DNA from: Candidatus Omnitrophota bacterium
Lineage (GTDB): Bacteria > Omnitrophota > Gorgyraeia > Gygaellales > Profunditerraquicolaceae
Reading direction: 5' to 3'
NCBI GenBank assembly: GCA_016867115.1
Contig: VGKG01000001.1
Coordinates: 173,403 to 237,402, forward strand
DNA: 64,000 nucleotides
Part shown: piece by piece, positions 27,306 to 36,533 of the stretch
How positions within the stretch are numbered: the stretch's first letter is position 1
How the letters are laid out: every line of letters starts with the position of its first letter
Notes under the pieces: generated by a model
Database searches by the model: none
The model's input: only the letters and a program-made list of their open reading frames with translations
Told to the model about the DNA's origin: nothing
Made by a program: the position numbers and the translations under genes

Positions 27306-27593
27306 TCAGTACGCGCTCTCTACGTAAATTTCGTGGCGGTTAATATCCTGGGCGATCTTGTCGTATTCCAGCTCTTCCAGGATCTTTTCAAAGCCCTTGG
27401 TGCGACCCGTGCCCAGGCCGTTAACCACAAGCACAAGATTGGCAACCGGGATATTTTTCACGAAGAGTACGATACGCACGGCTACCGCACTGTAATTCCT
27501 TCCCGAGCGGTTTTCTATCTCACCCTTTACCGCCACCTGATTGGAACCCTCAGCCTTTACGATCTCTACATTATAGAAGTTAAAATTAGGCAT
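27306..27593 (-). CDS. Hypothetical protein.
   Basis: 95-aa ORF with coding-like composition between aroC and spoVG. I found no recognisable motif. Confidence 0.3.
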   Translation of the reverse strand: MPNFNFYNVEIVKAEGSNQVAVKGEIENRSGRNYSAVAVRIVLFVKNIPVANLVLVVNGLGTGRTKGFEKILEELEYDKIAQDINRHEIYVESAY

Positions 27594-27603
27594 CGTGTCT
27601 CCC

Positions 27604-28644
27604 CTATGCGGTCCTCTTCCCGTAATTCCGGTAAGCGCTTTTTATATCCGCAAGGCTGTCTGCCCCGAACTTTTCAAGCAGCGCGTCTGCCAGGACAAAT
27701 GCGCTTGCGGATTCAGCGATCACTCCCGCTGCATCCACGACGCAGATATCCGAACGCTGCACGCTTGCCCTGGAAGGCTTCCTGGTATTTATATTCACTG
27801 AACCGAGAGGTTCAAGCAATGTAGCGATGGGCTTCATGCAGGCACGCAGGATCACATCTTCTCCGTTTGTGACCCCGCCCTCGATGCCTCCGGCATTGTT
27901 AGTCGTACGATAAAAACCCCTTCCCTTCTTATAATGGATCACATCGTGCACCTCTGAACCGAAACTGAAACCGTAACCTATGCCCAAGCCGACCTCAACC
28001 GCCTTGATCCCGGGAATAGACATGATGCCGGCGGCGAGCCGCCCATCCAGGCGCCTGTCCGGCTGGACGAAACTTCCCAGTCCCGCAGGCACGCCTTTGA
28101 CCACCACTTCAAATACCCCTCCGACCGTATCCTTGTTCTCCATGGCCTCTTTAATCTTTGCCACCATGGCCGGCCTGGTATTTTCGCCGCCGATGGAGAG
28201 AACCCGGCTCATGATCTTTATGCCGAACTCGCTTAAGAAGATCTTGCAGACTGCGCCCACCCCCACTACCGAAACAGTGCTGCGGGCAGAGGCACGTTCC
28301 AACACATCCCGCACATCGCTAAAACCGTACTTAAGAAGGCCGGCTAAATCCGCATGGCCGGGACGGGGAGAGGCCACTTTCGGCAGCTTTTCAATGCTGA
28401 AATCTTTATTGCGTATCAACAGGGCTATGGGGCTGCCTAAGGTCTTCTGATTTCTTAGGCCAGAGAGGATCTCGGCGCGATCGCTTTCGATCTGCATGCG
28501 CAGGCCCCTGCCAAAACCGGCTTGCCTGCGCCTGAGCTCCTGGTTGATGATCGCTGGATCTACTTTGAGGCCTGCGGGCATACCCTCCAAGATAGCCACC
28601 ATTGCTTTCCCGTGCGATTCACCTGCGGTCAGATAACGTAACAT
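27604..28644 (-). CDS. aroC: Chorismate synthase.
   Basis: AroC signatures throughout. I moved the start to MLRYLTAGESHG (28644). Confidence 0.95.
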   Translation of the reverse strand: MLRYLTAGESHGKAMVAILEGMPAGLKVDPAIINQELRRRQAGFGRGLRMQIESDRAEILSGLRNQKTLGSPIALLIRNKDFSIEKLPKVASPRPGHADLAGLLKYGFSDVRDVLERASARSTVSVVGVGAVCKIFLSEFGIKIMSRVLSIGGENTRPAMVAKIKEAMENKDTVGGVFEVVVKGVPAGLGSFVQPDRRLDGRLAAGIMSIPGIKAVEVGLGIGYGFSFGSEVHDVIHYKKGRGFYRTTNNAGGIEGGVTNGEDVILRACMKPIATLLEPLGSVNINTRKPSRASVQRSDICVVDAAGVIAESASAFVLADALLEKFGADSLADIKSAYRNYGKRTA

Positions 28645-28646
28645 GT

Positions 28647-29231
28647 TTACCTCCATAAACCTCTTTTATTCTCCCGCGCCTCCTGATACAACTCCTGGAA
28701 AAATTGCGCGTATTTGACATTGGGCGGAATGGATAGAAGATTAGCGTATCCCTGTTTTACGATTTCGGCATTCACAAAGGTGCCGTCCTTAAGATACGCG
28801 TAGGCGAGCAGCCGGTTATAGCGATCGTATTTCTGCACGTCAAATTCAAGGCTCACCGGTTTACCCTCTACGAGGCTACGGGTAAACTCATAGGACTTCT
28901 GTCCTAGCTTCTGAATGGTACGCGCATCCTGGCCGGTACGCCCGGCATCACGGCGAAGCTTTTCCGACTCATGCAGTTCCGGGGTGTCGATCCCAATCAG
29001 GCGCACCCTTTCTCCGCTCTCAAGCAGAAGGGTATCTCCGTCCACCACCCGCTTCACCCGGATATCGGAGTAATTATAATCCCTGCCAAAAGGGAGAGCG
29101 GCCTTTCCTTCTCCGGGATGATAGATCTTCCCCTGCCCCTGGGAGAAAAGGACCCCCGCGCCCAGTAAAGATGCGGCAAGAAGGACGATATTCCTTATAA
29201 GCTTCTTCTTCGAGGGACCTCTTTTTTTCAA
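28647..29231 (-). CDS. Thermonuclease (staphylococcal nuclease, SNase-like) family protein, secreted.
   Basis: 194 aa. Signal peptide followed by SNase motifs (DGDTLLL...VRLIGIDTPE...YDRYNRLLAYAY). Confidence 0.8.
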   Translation of the reverse strand: MKKRGPSKKKLIRNIVLLAASLLGAGVLFSQGQGKIYHPGEGKAALPFGRDYNYSDIRVKRVVDGDTLLLESGERVRLIGIDTPELHESEKLRRDAGRTGQDARTIQKLGQKSYEFTRSLVEGKPVSLEFDVQKYDRYNRLLAYAYLKDGTFVNAEIVKQGYANLLSIPPNVKYAQFFQELYQEARENKRGLWR

Positions 29232-29246
29232 GGACTTCCCCTGTTC

Positions 29247-29798
29247 TTAAAGCGCGCCGGCTACCAGGCTCGCCAGGACTATAATATCTTCTACACAGAA
29301 TATCCGGGTGATATTGGCGTCAAAATACATATTCGCATCCGGGCCGAACTCGCTATCCGCCTGCCAGATCTTCACCAGCACCGGTACCCCTTCAAACGCC
29401 TCCACGATCACGCTGGCATCAGCTCCGTGGTATTTTTTTAGAGGCAACTTATTCGGGTTATCCAGGACCCCTTTGGGATTCCTGCCGTATTTACGGATGA
29501 CCGGCTCGATCGCCCTCTTTCTAAAGGCCGGATAATAGCCTTCTATCCCCGAAAATTCGCGGAAAGTAAGCCAGTCGCCGCCCAGATCCGCAAGGCCCTT
29601 TAACTTCTTCTCCAGGTAATGCAGGATCAGTATCGCGGTAAAATCCTTTGCCCCTACATTACAGGATAAAGAGAGCAGTTTTCTGGAGGTCAGGTCTACG
29701 GAATATTCGTCACCCAGGAACCTTACCGTCAGGTTCATGCCGGGGTTAAGCTTTGCAAGCTCATCCCAGGCCTTGTTTATGGCGACCTCATAACCCAT
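29247..29798 (-). CDS. Hypothetical protein (possibly DUF3786-like).
   Basis: 183-aa ORF divergent from the helicase gene. No catalytic motifs seen. The family assignment is a weak recollection. Confidence 0.3.
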   Translation of the reverse strand: MGYEVAINKAWDELAKLNPGMNLTVRFLGDEYSVDLTSRKLLSLSCNVGAKDFTAILILHYLEKKLKGLADLGGDWLTFREFSGIEGYYPAFRKRAIEPVIRKYGRNPKGVLDNPNKLPLKKYHGADASVIVEAFEGVPVLVKIWQADSEFGPDANMYFDANITRIFCVEDIIVLASLVAGAL

Positions 29799-29855
29799 GG
29801 AACCATTTTACTATTTTTATTAGATAAATCAACAGTTTTAGACTATAATAACCCT

Positions 29856-31736
29856 ATGCAATACGACCGTTTCCAGCAAGAATCCATCGACCATATCAAC
29901 CAGGGCCATTCGGTGATCGTCTCAGCGCCCACGGGAGCGGGCAAGACCGCGATCGCCGAGCACATCATTGAAAATTCAATCCAGAATAACATCGGCGTGA
30001 TCTACACCGCGCCCATCAAGGCCCTCTCCAACCAGAAGTTCCGCGATTTCCAGAAGCAGTACCGGGATAACATCGGCATCCTCACCGGGGACGTCTCGCT
30101 TAACCCCGACGCGCCGGTCCTGATCATGACTACGGAGATCTTCCGCAACAAGATCCTGGATGAGCCGGATAGCCTGAATAAATATTCCTGGGTTATTTTT
30201 GATGAGATCCACTACATTGATAATCCGGAGCGCGGCACAGTCTGGGAAGAATCCCTGATCTTTCTGCCTAAACACATGAAGATCCTGGGGCTCTCCGCCA
30301 CTATCCCCAATATCAAAGAGTTCGCCTCCTGGATCGAATCCATCCACGCTAAGTCCGTAAAGGTGGTCATCGAGGAAAAGCGTCCGGTGCCCTTGCACTT
30401 TTTCTTCCACTGCGGCAATGAAGTGGTGGATAAATTAGAGCAGTTAAAAAGATTGAAATATGCCCGGCCCAACCGCCTGAACTCCCTGATCAATTACCTG
30501 CGCGAGAAGAACGGGCTTCCGGCGATCTATTTTGTCTTCGGCCGCAGGCAGGCAGAGGAACTCGCCCTTGAGCTGATGAGCTATGACTTCCTCAGCAAAA
30601 AGGAAAAGCAGGAGATTATCGGGCTCTACAATGAACTCTGCGAGCGCTTTGACGTAAAGACCGACCGCACCGCCTCGGAGATGTACCCGCTCATCCAGCG
30701 CGGGATCGCCTATCATCACGCCGGGATGCTGCCCACCTTAAAAGAAGTGGTGGAGCGGCTCTTCACCAGCCGGCTCTTGAAAGTGATCTTCACCACCGAG
30801 ACCTTTGCCCTGGGGATAAACATGCCCAGCCGCTCGGTGATGTTCGACGGTCTAAGGAAATTCTACGGCCGCTATGTGCGCAACTTAAAGACGCGCGATT
30901 TCTACCAGATGGCCGGCCGCGCAGGCAGGCGCGGCATTGATCAGGAGGGTTTTGTATACTGCAGGGTGAACCTGAATAAGATCAGCCTGGATGAAGTAAA
31001 GCGCGTTATCTACGGCAAGCCGGAAGAAGTAAGGAGCCAGTTCAATACTTCTTATGCCACTCTCCTTAACCTTTATGAAAAATATAAGGAGGAGCTTTTT
31101 AAGGTCTATCCTCTCTCCCTGCACTATTTCCAGTCGCGTAAACAGGAGCAGAAAGAGGCCCTGCGCCTGCTTGAATCAAAACTGAAATTACTGAAAGAGT
31201 TCGGCTACGTCGCCGACGGCAGCCTTACGGAGAAAGGGAAGTTCGCCAAAACCGTCTACGGTTACGAGTTGATCCTGGCTGAGCTTTACGAGGAAAAGGT
31301 CCTGGAGCAGCTGGATGAGTTCGGATTGGGAGTAATCGCTTCTGCCTGCGTCTTTGAGCCGCGCAAGAACCAGCGCCTGCCCCTTGGCCTCTCCAAGAAT
31401 ACGCGCAAGATCAGGGGCGCCTGCGAAGAGATCTATGAAAGGATCAAAGATAAAGAACGCCGCTACCGCATCTACCCCTTCAGCAAAGCCCCGCAATTCC
31501 ATTTAAGCGTAGCTACGGAGGCGTGGCTGCGCGGGACCGCCTTTGATAAGGTCTTAAGATTTACCGATACCGACGAAGGGGAGGTCGTGCGCTACTTCAG
31601 GATGAGCGTGCAGATATTGCGCGAAATCCTCGACGCCAAAATAGCCTCGATTATCCTCAAAGATAAGATCCGGGAGACTATCCGCGTGATCAACCGCGAC
31701 GTAGTGGATGCGGAGAAACAGCTTCGGGAGGGCTAA
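29856..31736 (+). CDS. Ski2/HelY-like DExH-box RNA helicase with a DSHCT-like C-terminal domain.
   Basis: 626 aa. Helicase motifs I (APTGAGKT), Ia (TAPIKALSNQK), II (DEIHY) and III (LSATIPN) are present. This is the only plus-strand gene in the window. Confidence 0.85.
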   Translation: MQYDRFQQESIDHINQGHSVIVSAPTGAGKTAIAEHIIENSIQNNIGVIYTAPIKALSNQKFRDFQKQYRDNIGILTGDVSLNPDAPVLIMTTEIFRNKILDEPDSLNKYSWVIFDEIHYIDNPERGTVWEESLIFLPKHMKILGLSATIPNIKEFASWIESIHAKSVKVVIEEKRPVPLHFFFHCGNEVVDKLEQLKRLKYARPNRLNSLINYLREKNGLPAIYFVFGRRQAEELALELMSYDFLSKKEKQEIIGLYNELCERFDVKTDRTASEMYPLIQRGIAYHHAGMLPTLKEVVERLFTSRLLKVIFTTETFALGINMPSRSVMFDGLRKFYGRYVRNLKTRDFYQMAGRAGRRGIDQEGFVYCRVNLNKISLDEVKRVIYGKPEEVRSQFNTSYATLLNLYEKYKEELFKVYPLSLHYFQSRKQEQKEALRLLESKLKLLKEFGYVADGSLTEKGKFAKTVYGYELILAELYEEKVLEQLDEFGLGVIASACVFEPRKNQRLPLGLSKNTRKIRGACEEIYERIKDKERRYRIYPFSKAPQFHLSVATEAWLRGTAFDKVLRFTDTDEGEVVRYFRMSVQILREILDAKIASIILKDKIRETIRVINRDVVDAEKQLREG

Positions 31737-32683
31737 AAAGGCTCTTCTCCCCGCCTATATTTCAGATAATCCTCTATAATCCTTTTGTGGTCAAAGGCAA
31801 AGATAAACTTCTCTAACTCGTTTAATTTTACAAGCCTTAAACCCCGGGCATCAGAGCCGGCCTGAGGTTTGCCTTTGGCTTTAGCGATAAAGACTGTGCC
31901 GATAGTGTGGAAGCGCGGGTCGCGGTCAGGGGCGGAATAGGTGTGGAACTGCTTGATTTCGGTAAGTGTAAGCCCGGTCTCTTCCTTTGCTTCTCTTTTT
32001 ACCGCCTCTTCCAGGCTCTCGCCGTAATCCACGAATCCTCCGGGCAGGGCAAAACCAAAAGGAGGATTACTGCGTTCGATCACTATAATGCTGTCATCAA
32101 TCTCAATAATGGCATCCACGGTAGTAAAGGGGCCGCTCTGGATCTTCTGGAGCATATAATCCAGGTAACTGATCACCCCTTTATTGAAGACATCGAAGGC
32201 CTCCTGGTCAAAGAGGCAGAAGATGATCTCTTTGATACTGCTTGATTTATTCTCCCTTAAATGCCGGAAGGCCTCCTGGGCCATGATCTTGGCAGAGGCC
32301 AGGTACGGAAAACCGCCGGTGCCGCAGCCTAAGGCCGGAAAGGCAATGGAACTTACTTTCAGTTCCTCAGCTACCCTCAGGGCGCTTCTGCAGGAGTTTC
32401 TTACCTTTATTTCGTCGGTATTGAAATCCATGCCCATGGTCGCGGCATGAATCACGTATTTTGCCGCAAGGTTTCCAGCCTTAGTCCAGGCTGCCCCTCC
32501 GATTTCAACCGGACCTTTCTTTACTGCCTCATCTTCAATAACCTTGCCGCCCTTTCTTTTGATCGCACCGGCAACGCCCCCGCCCATGACCAGCTTATTG
32601 TTCGCGGCATTGACGATGGCGTCCACTCTCAGTCCGGTGATATCTGCCTGCAGGACTTTAATCTCGGTATCTTTTATCTTCAC
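31733..32683 (-). CDS. Macro domain (ADP-ribose binding/processing) fused to a NUDIX hydrolase domain.
   Basis: 316 aa. The N-terminal ~175 aa are Macro-like (ADITGLRVDAIVNAANNKLVMGGGVAGAI...FPALGCGTGG). The C-terminal part carries a Nudix box (GGFVDYGESLEEAVKREAKEETGL). Confidence 0.75.
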   Translation of the reverse strand: MKIKDTEIKVLQADITGLRVDAIVNAANNKLVMGGGVAGAIKRKGGKVIEDEAVKKGPVEIGGAAWTKAGNLAAKYVIHAATMGMDFNTDEIKVRNSCRSALRVAEELKVSSIAFPALGCGTGGFPYLASAKIMAQEAFRHLRENKSSSIKEIIFCLFDQEAFDVFNKGVISYLDYMLQKIQSGPFTTVDAIIEIDDSIIVIERSNPPFGFALPGGFVDYGESLEEAVKREAKEETGLTLTEIKQFHTYSAPDRDPRFHTIGTVFIAKAKGKPQAGSDARGLRLVKLNELEKFIFAFDHKRIIEDYLKYRRGEEPF

Positions 32684-32684
32684 G

Positions 32685-33101
32685 CTATTCTCCGATGATC
32701 TTGATCATTACCCGCTTCCTGCGCCGGCCGTCAAACTCACCGTAAAAGATCTGCTCCCACGGCCCGAAATCCAGTTTGCCGGCGGTAATTGCCACTACTA
32801 CTTCCCTGCCCATGATCGTGCGCTTAAGATGTGCGTCGCCGTTATCCTCGCCGCTTAAATTGTGCTTATATTTTTCTTTGCCGTAAGGAGCCAGTTTCTC
32901 AAGCCAAGCGGAAAAATCCTGAAGCAAGCCTTCTTCATCGTCATTGATAAATACGCTGGCGGTTATATGCATGGCATTAACCAGGCAGAGGCCTTCTTTA
33001 ATACCGCTCTTTTTCACCGTCTCTTCAACCTGCGGGGTGATGTTGATAAACTCCTGGCGGTTTTTGGTATTGAACCAAAGATATTGGGTGTGGGATTTCA
33101 T
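32685..33101 (-). CDS. yjbQ: YjbQ/UPF0047-family protein (secondary thiamine-phosphate synthase-like).
   Basis: 138 aa. UPF0047 family sequence ([20 protein letters not shown]...). Confidence 0.8.
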   Translation of the reverse strand: MKSHTQYLWFNTKNRQEFINITPQVEETVKKSGIKEGLCLVNAMHITASVFINDDEEGLLQDFSAWLEKLAPYGKEKYKHNLSGEDNGDAHLKRTIMGREVVVAITAGKLDFGPWEQIFYGEFDGRRRKRVMIKIIGE

Positions 33102-33132
33102 TACTTAAACTGCTCCTTTATTCTCTCAAGTA

Positions 33133-33645
33133 TCATCTCCAAAATGCTCGCAGAATTAATGCTATTATAAATATCACAACCGAACATATCATAAACCATA
33201 TGATATGAAATACCGCAAAGAACATAACGCCCTCTCCTGCGCTCCCAGTAGAGGAGCTTTTAATAGCAAAAAAATCATACATAAAACAGCCAATAGAATA
33301 TACAAAAATAAACCAAATACTGGCCAATAAAGAAAATAAGGCTTTCTTAAGAAGCGAAAAGTCCAAACATATTAAAATAATCGGAGAAATCACAAACGAT
33401 ATCCAGAAAGAACTACCGAAGAGAACCCCGCCAACCGAAGAAATGTCAACACACATTGCTAATAAAAAAATTGTTAAAAATGTAACCCATATTATTGAGA
33501 CATACTTTGCTATTCTATCAAATAGTAGCTTTATTTTATTGCTTCTCTTTAATTTCCAAGCCAAGTAACCACAAAAGCCAATATAAAGAATTGCTACGAT
33601 TATTTTTATGCTGAGTTCGATTATGATTTCAGGTGATGCGTTCAT
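33133..33645 (-). CDS. Hypothetical polytopic membrane protein carried on an AT-rich insert.
   Basis: 170 aa with 4-5 predicted TM helices. The local sequence is clearly AT-rich by eye compared with the rest of the window. Confidence 0.4.
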   Translation of the reverse strand: MNASPEIIIELSIKIIVAILYIGFCGYLAWKLKRSNKIKLLFDRIAKYVSIIWVTFLTIFLLAMCVDISSVGGVLFGSSFWISFVISPIILICLDFSLLKKALFSLLASIWFIFVYSIGCFMYDFFAIKSSSTGSAGEGVMFFAVFHIIWFMICSVVIFIIALILRAFWR

Positions 33646-33766
33646 CCTGCCCTTTCTTCACTCTCCGCTGCCTCCAGTACCAGTTACCGTATTTTTGATA
33701 GATAACCTATTAAATCCCTATTTTAGCCCCATCCTCCGCAGTATCCTAAACCTGAACTTAGGGAAT

Positions 33767-33943
33767 TTAGTGCATTGGGTTCTCATCGTATGTAAAAACC
33801 GAAGCGGTTATGTGCATCGCGTTGACCAGACATAGGCCTTCCTTGACGCCACTTTTCCTTAATGCCTCTTCGACCTGCGGGGTGATGTTGACAAACTCCT
33901 GGCGGTTCTTGGTGTTAAATGCCAGATATTCCGTGTGGGATTT
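33767..33943 (-). pseudogene. Truncated second copy of the yjbQ 5' end (first ~58 codons), diverged.
   Basis: It encodes [51 protein letters not shown] then stops. About 80% nucleotide identity to 32958..33101 over ~140 bp. Confidence 0.5.
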
Positions 33944-34043
33944 CATAGATGTAATTATACCACGAAAAGGGCGGGGATAAAATAAAAGCAGAGCGTATTC
34001 TCTAGAAAATCCGCTCTGCTCTGCTTCTGGACCGGCCTGCTCT

Positions 34044-34553
34044 TTAAGGAAGGTCGTCGGGTTCGGGCCCTTCTTCCGGCGGCATTGGCGATGCACCCGG
34101 CCCCGCCCCGGCCTTAAAACGCGGCCGCTCTCTCCATTTTTTCAGAAGCTCCTTAAACTTCTCCTGTTGGGCAGGAGTAAGGACAGCCATGATCTTCTCG
34201 TGGCTCTTCTCCTTGATCGCCTCCAGGTTCCCCTTGAATTGATCCCTGGCTGCAGCCACTTCTTCCCGGGTCTCCTCTAATATCGCCCTTACCTCTTTAG
34301 CCTGCTTGTCCCTGAGGCCCAGCTTCTCCGTTATCCGGTCAAAGAGTGCCTCTTTCAGGTGCTGGCGCATTTGATGGCCTTTCTTCCCGGCGAACTTCCC
34401 GCGTAAATACTCACCGGCGACATGGCGCCTTTCGCGTATCCCTTCGGCGACCTGCTTAAGCTGCGCTCTTTTGCCGATGGCAATGCCTGCGATTGCGCCT
34501 GCGGCAATACAGAGCAGGGCTAAAATCACCACATAGACTGCGTATTTCTTCAT
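34044..34553 (-). CDS. Periplasmic LTXXQ-motif (Spy/CpxP-like) protein.
   Basis: 169 aa. N-terminal anchor, a charged helical body with an [12 protein letters not shown] motif and a Pro/Gly/Glu-rich tail. Sits last in the sigma/anti-sigma operon. Confidence 0.5.
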   Translation of the reverse strand: MKKYAVYVVILALLCIAAGAIAGIAIGKRAQLKQVAEGIRERRHVAGEYLRGKFAGKKGHQMRQHLKEALFDRITEKLGLRDKQAKEVRAILEETREEVAAARDQFKGNLEAIKEKSHEKIMAVLTPAQQEKFKELLKKWRERPRFKAGAGPGASPMPPEEGPEPDDLP

Positions 34554-34559
34554 CTTAAA

Positions 34560-35051
34560 TCACCTCCATTGATTTCCGTTAATCCCGAAAACTATCCTGG
34601 TTGCCGAATCCAGGGTCACGTTTGATTCCTCCAGGATGCTCAATTCGGCCCGGCTCAGATTATCCTGGAATAAATAATTGTCTACGATATCGACTTTGTC
34701 AAACTCCCCTAAGGTCGCAGACAGGAATGCCAGCGATACCGCGATCACCGCTACCGGCACCGGTATCAGCCTGCGCGAAAGATTGCCCATGTCCGGAAGC
34801 CACTGCCATTTTGGCGCAACCTCTTCTGCGGAATGCAATCTTTCTTTCAGGCGGCAGACCAGGTAATCTTCAGGCAGGGCTTTGCGCTCTTTCGCGGCAA
34901 GGGCATTCTTTACCGCGTTTAACCCGCTCAGTTCGCGGGCGCAGGAGACGCACCCTTCAAGATGCGCCTTTAATTCCCGGGAGGTCGCTTCATCCATCTC
35001 ACCGTCCAAGTAGCGGGATAAAAGTTTCTTTACCTTCTTGCAATTTAACAT
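34560..35051 (-). CDS. Anti-sigma factor (zf-HC2 type) with one TM segment.
   Basis: 163 aa. H-x3-C-x2-C motif (AHLEGCVSCAREL) near the N-terminus and a single TM helix. Translationally coupled to the ECF sigma gene. Confidence 0.6.
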   Translation of the reverse strand: MLNCKKVKKLLSRYLDGEMDEATSRELKAHLEGCVSCARELSGLNAVKNALAAKERKALPEDYLVCRLKERLHSAEEVAPKWQWLPDMGNLSRRLIPVPVAVIAVSLAFLSATLGEFDKVDIVDNYLFQDNLSRAELSILEESNVTLDSATRIVFGINGNQWR

Positions 35052-35052
35052 T

Positions 35053-35595
35053 TTACCTGCCTCCTGGATCGCTTAACTTTTCCCTTAAAAGCTGCCTGGC
35101 CCGGTAAATCCGGGACTCGACAGTCCCGATACTGCAGCCTAAGGCCCTGGCAATATCGGCATAGCCCAGGCCTTCGATATCCTTTAAGACTACGGCGCTG
35201 CGGTAATGAAAGGGAATACTATCCAGAGCCTTCTGGACCTCCTCTTTCTTCTCTCTGGCGGATAAAGAAAGCTCCGAACTTTCGTCGATTACTGCCTTGG
35301 CTTTAGAAACATCCTCATGCACGGTGGTATGTCTCCTCTTACGCAGGAAATCATAAGTAGTATTTACGCTGATGCGGTAGAGCCAGGTGGAAAACTGAGC
35401 TGAACCGCGGAAGCCCCCTAACCCATGGTAGGCCTTGATAAAAACCTCCTGGACGATATCCTCGCTGTCCCGGTCGTTTCCTACCAGGGAGTAGACGATG
35501 TTGAGCGTGCGGTTCTGGTATTTCTTCACCAGCATCTCGAATCCTTTTATGTCGCCTGCTAAAAACTGCCCGATCAGTTTATTGTCTTCGTTCAT
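35053..35595 (-). CDS. ECF (sigma-70 family, group 4) RNA polymerase sigma factor.
   Basis: 180 aa with sigma-70 regions 2 and 4 (DIVQEVFIKAYH...YADIARALGCSIGTVESRIYRARQ). Confidence 0.9.
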   Translation of the reverse strand: MNEDNKLIGQFLAGDIKGFEMLVKKYQNRTLNIVYSLVGNDRDSEDIVQEVFIKAYHGLGGFRGSAQFSTWLYRISVNTTYDFLRKRRHTTVHEDVSKAKAVIDESSELSLSAREKKEEVQKALDSIPFHYRSAVVLKDIEGLGYADIARALGCSIGTVESRIYRARQLLREKLSDPGGR

Positions 35596-35648
35596 CTTCT
35601 TTTTCCACTAATTAGACGTAAGGCCATACTGCTTTATTCCAAAAAATT

Positions 35649-35710
35649 AAAGGGACACCCTTCCGATTGGCTCAAAGGGTGTCCCTTCTTTACTTCAAAG
35701 GATGTCCCTA
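35649..35710. repeat. Palindromic element (AAGGGACACCCTT-14 nt-AAGGGTGTCCCTT) plus a third half-site. On the minus strand it looks like a Rho-independent terminator for the upstream membrane operon.
   Basis: A perfect 13-bp inverted repeat. On the minus strand the hairpin is followed by TTTAATTTTTT, immediately 3' of the stop at 35712 and 5' of the ECF sigma gene. Confidence 0.6.
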
Positions 35711-35711
35711 T

Positions 35712-36533
35712 TTATTCCGAGAAAGCAAGATAACCCATGAATACCAGGCCGACGAAGGGAATACCGATCAGCACGCCGACCCAGGCCGGTTTATTGCGCC
35801 TGAGAGAGATCCGGTACCACAGGTATATGCTTAAACCGAGGATCGCGAAATTAAAGATTACCCCGACAAGGGGGATGAACGATAAAAGGACCGCAGCCAC
35901 AAAGCCGGCGGCATACAGGTAATTCGCCTGCGCGATCTTACACATCAGGAAGATATTGGCTATCGGGATCCAGGCCATCCATGCCGGGCCGGTATTGGTC
36001 TTTACCGCGATCAGGTGCAGGCAGAGCGAGGAATAAAGGTAGATCAGGACCATGGCTATAAAGACAAAAGCCATGATCTTCATAAATACCTCAGGCGGCA
36101 TCGGAAAGGGCCTGCCCTCTTCCTGGCCGGGGATCCTGCCCAACGGTGTACGCTTCGCCCCAGTCTCCGGGCCGACGAGCGGGGTCCTTACCCCCTCTTC
36201 CTCTATCTCTATCTCTTCGAAGACCTGCGGCTCTTCCTTTCCGGGGCTGACCTGCGCCTCTTCAGGGACGAAATCTTCTTCTATGATAATATCCTCTTCG
36301 ATCACTTCCTCCGGCATAGGTGCGGGAGCCACCGGCTCGCCGTTTATTTGGGCCACCTCATCCATAAAATACGTTACCTCTGCACCGTAGACGTCGATCT
36401 TGACTGAATCCGCGGTCTTTTCCACGATCGTGCCTTCAACCGTCTCCCCTGATCTCAGGGTCAGCGTATCGGCCAGGGCCAGAGATGCCAGGATCAGAAA
36501 GAACGCAACCAGCAACCAGGCTTTTCTTCTCAT
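35712..36533 (-). CDS. Hypothetical secreted/membrane protein: signal peptide, small N-terminal domain, highly acidic linker and a C-terminal multi-TM domain.
   Basis: 273 aa. A Glu-rich low-complexity segment (EEVIEEDIIIEEDFVPEE...EIEIEEE) is followed by ~4 TM helices. Third gene of the membrane operon. Confidence 0.4.
   Translation of the reverse strand: MRRKAWLLVAFFLILASLALADTLTLRSGETVEGTIVEKTADSVKIDVYGAEVTYFMDEVAQINGEPVAPAPMPEEVIEEDIIIEEDFVPEEAQVSPGKEEPQVFEEIEIEEEGVRTPLVGPETGAKRTPLGRIPGQEEGRPFPMPPEVFMKIMAFVFIAMVLIYLYSSLCLHLIAVKTNTGPAWMAWIPIANIFLMCKIAQANYLYAAGFVAAVLLSFIPLVGVIFNFAILGLSIYLWYRISLRRNKPAWVGVLIGIPFVGLVFMGYLAFSE

Noticed and set aside
29799-29855. The divergent intergenic region between the hypothetical gene and the helicase gene as a regulatory or defence-island boundary.
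   Set aside because: It is only 57 bp of AT-rich sequence with no repeats or palindromes beyond what a pair of divergent promoters would need.
33133-33645. An insertion sequence or prophage remnant in the AT-rich block.
   Set aside because: No transposase, integrase or terminal inverted repeats are evident. The only ORF is a small polytopic membrane protein. I report it as a compositional island with flanking duplication rather than a defined mobile element.
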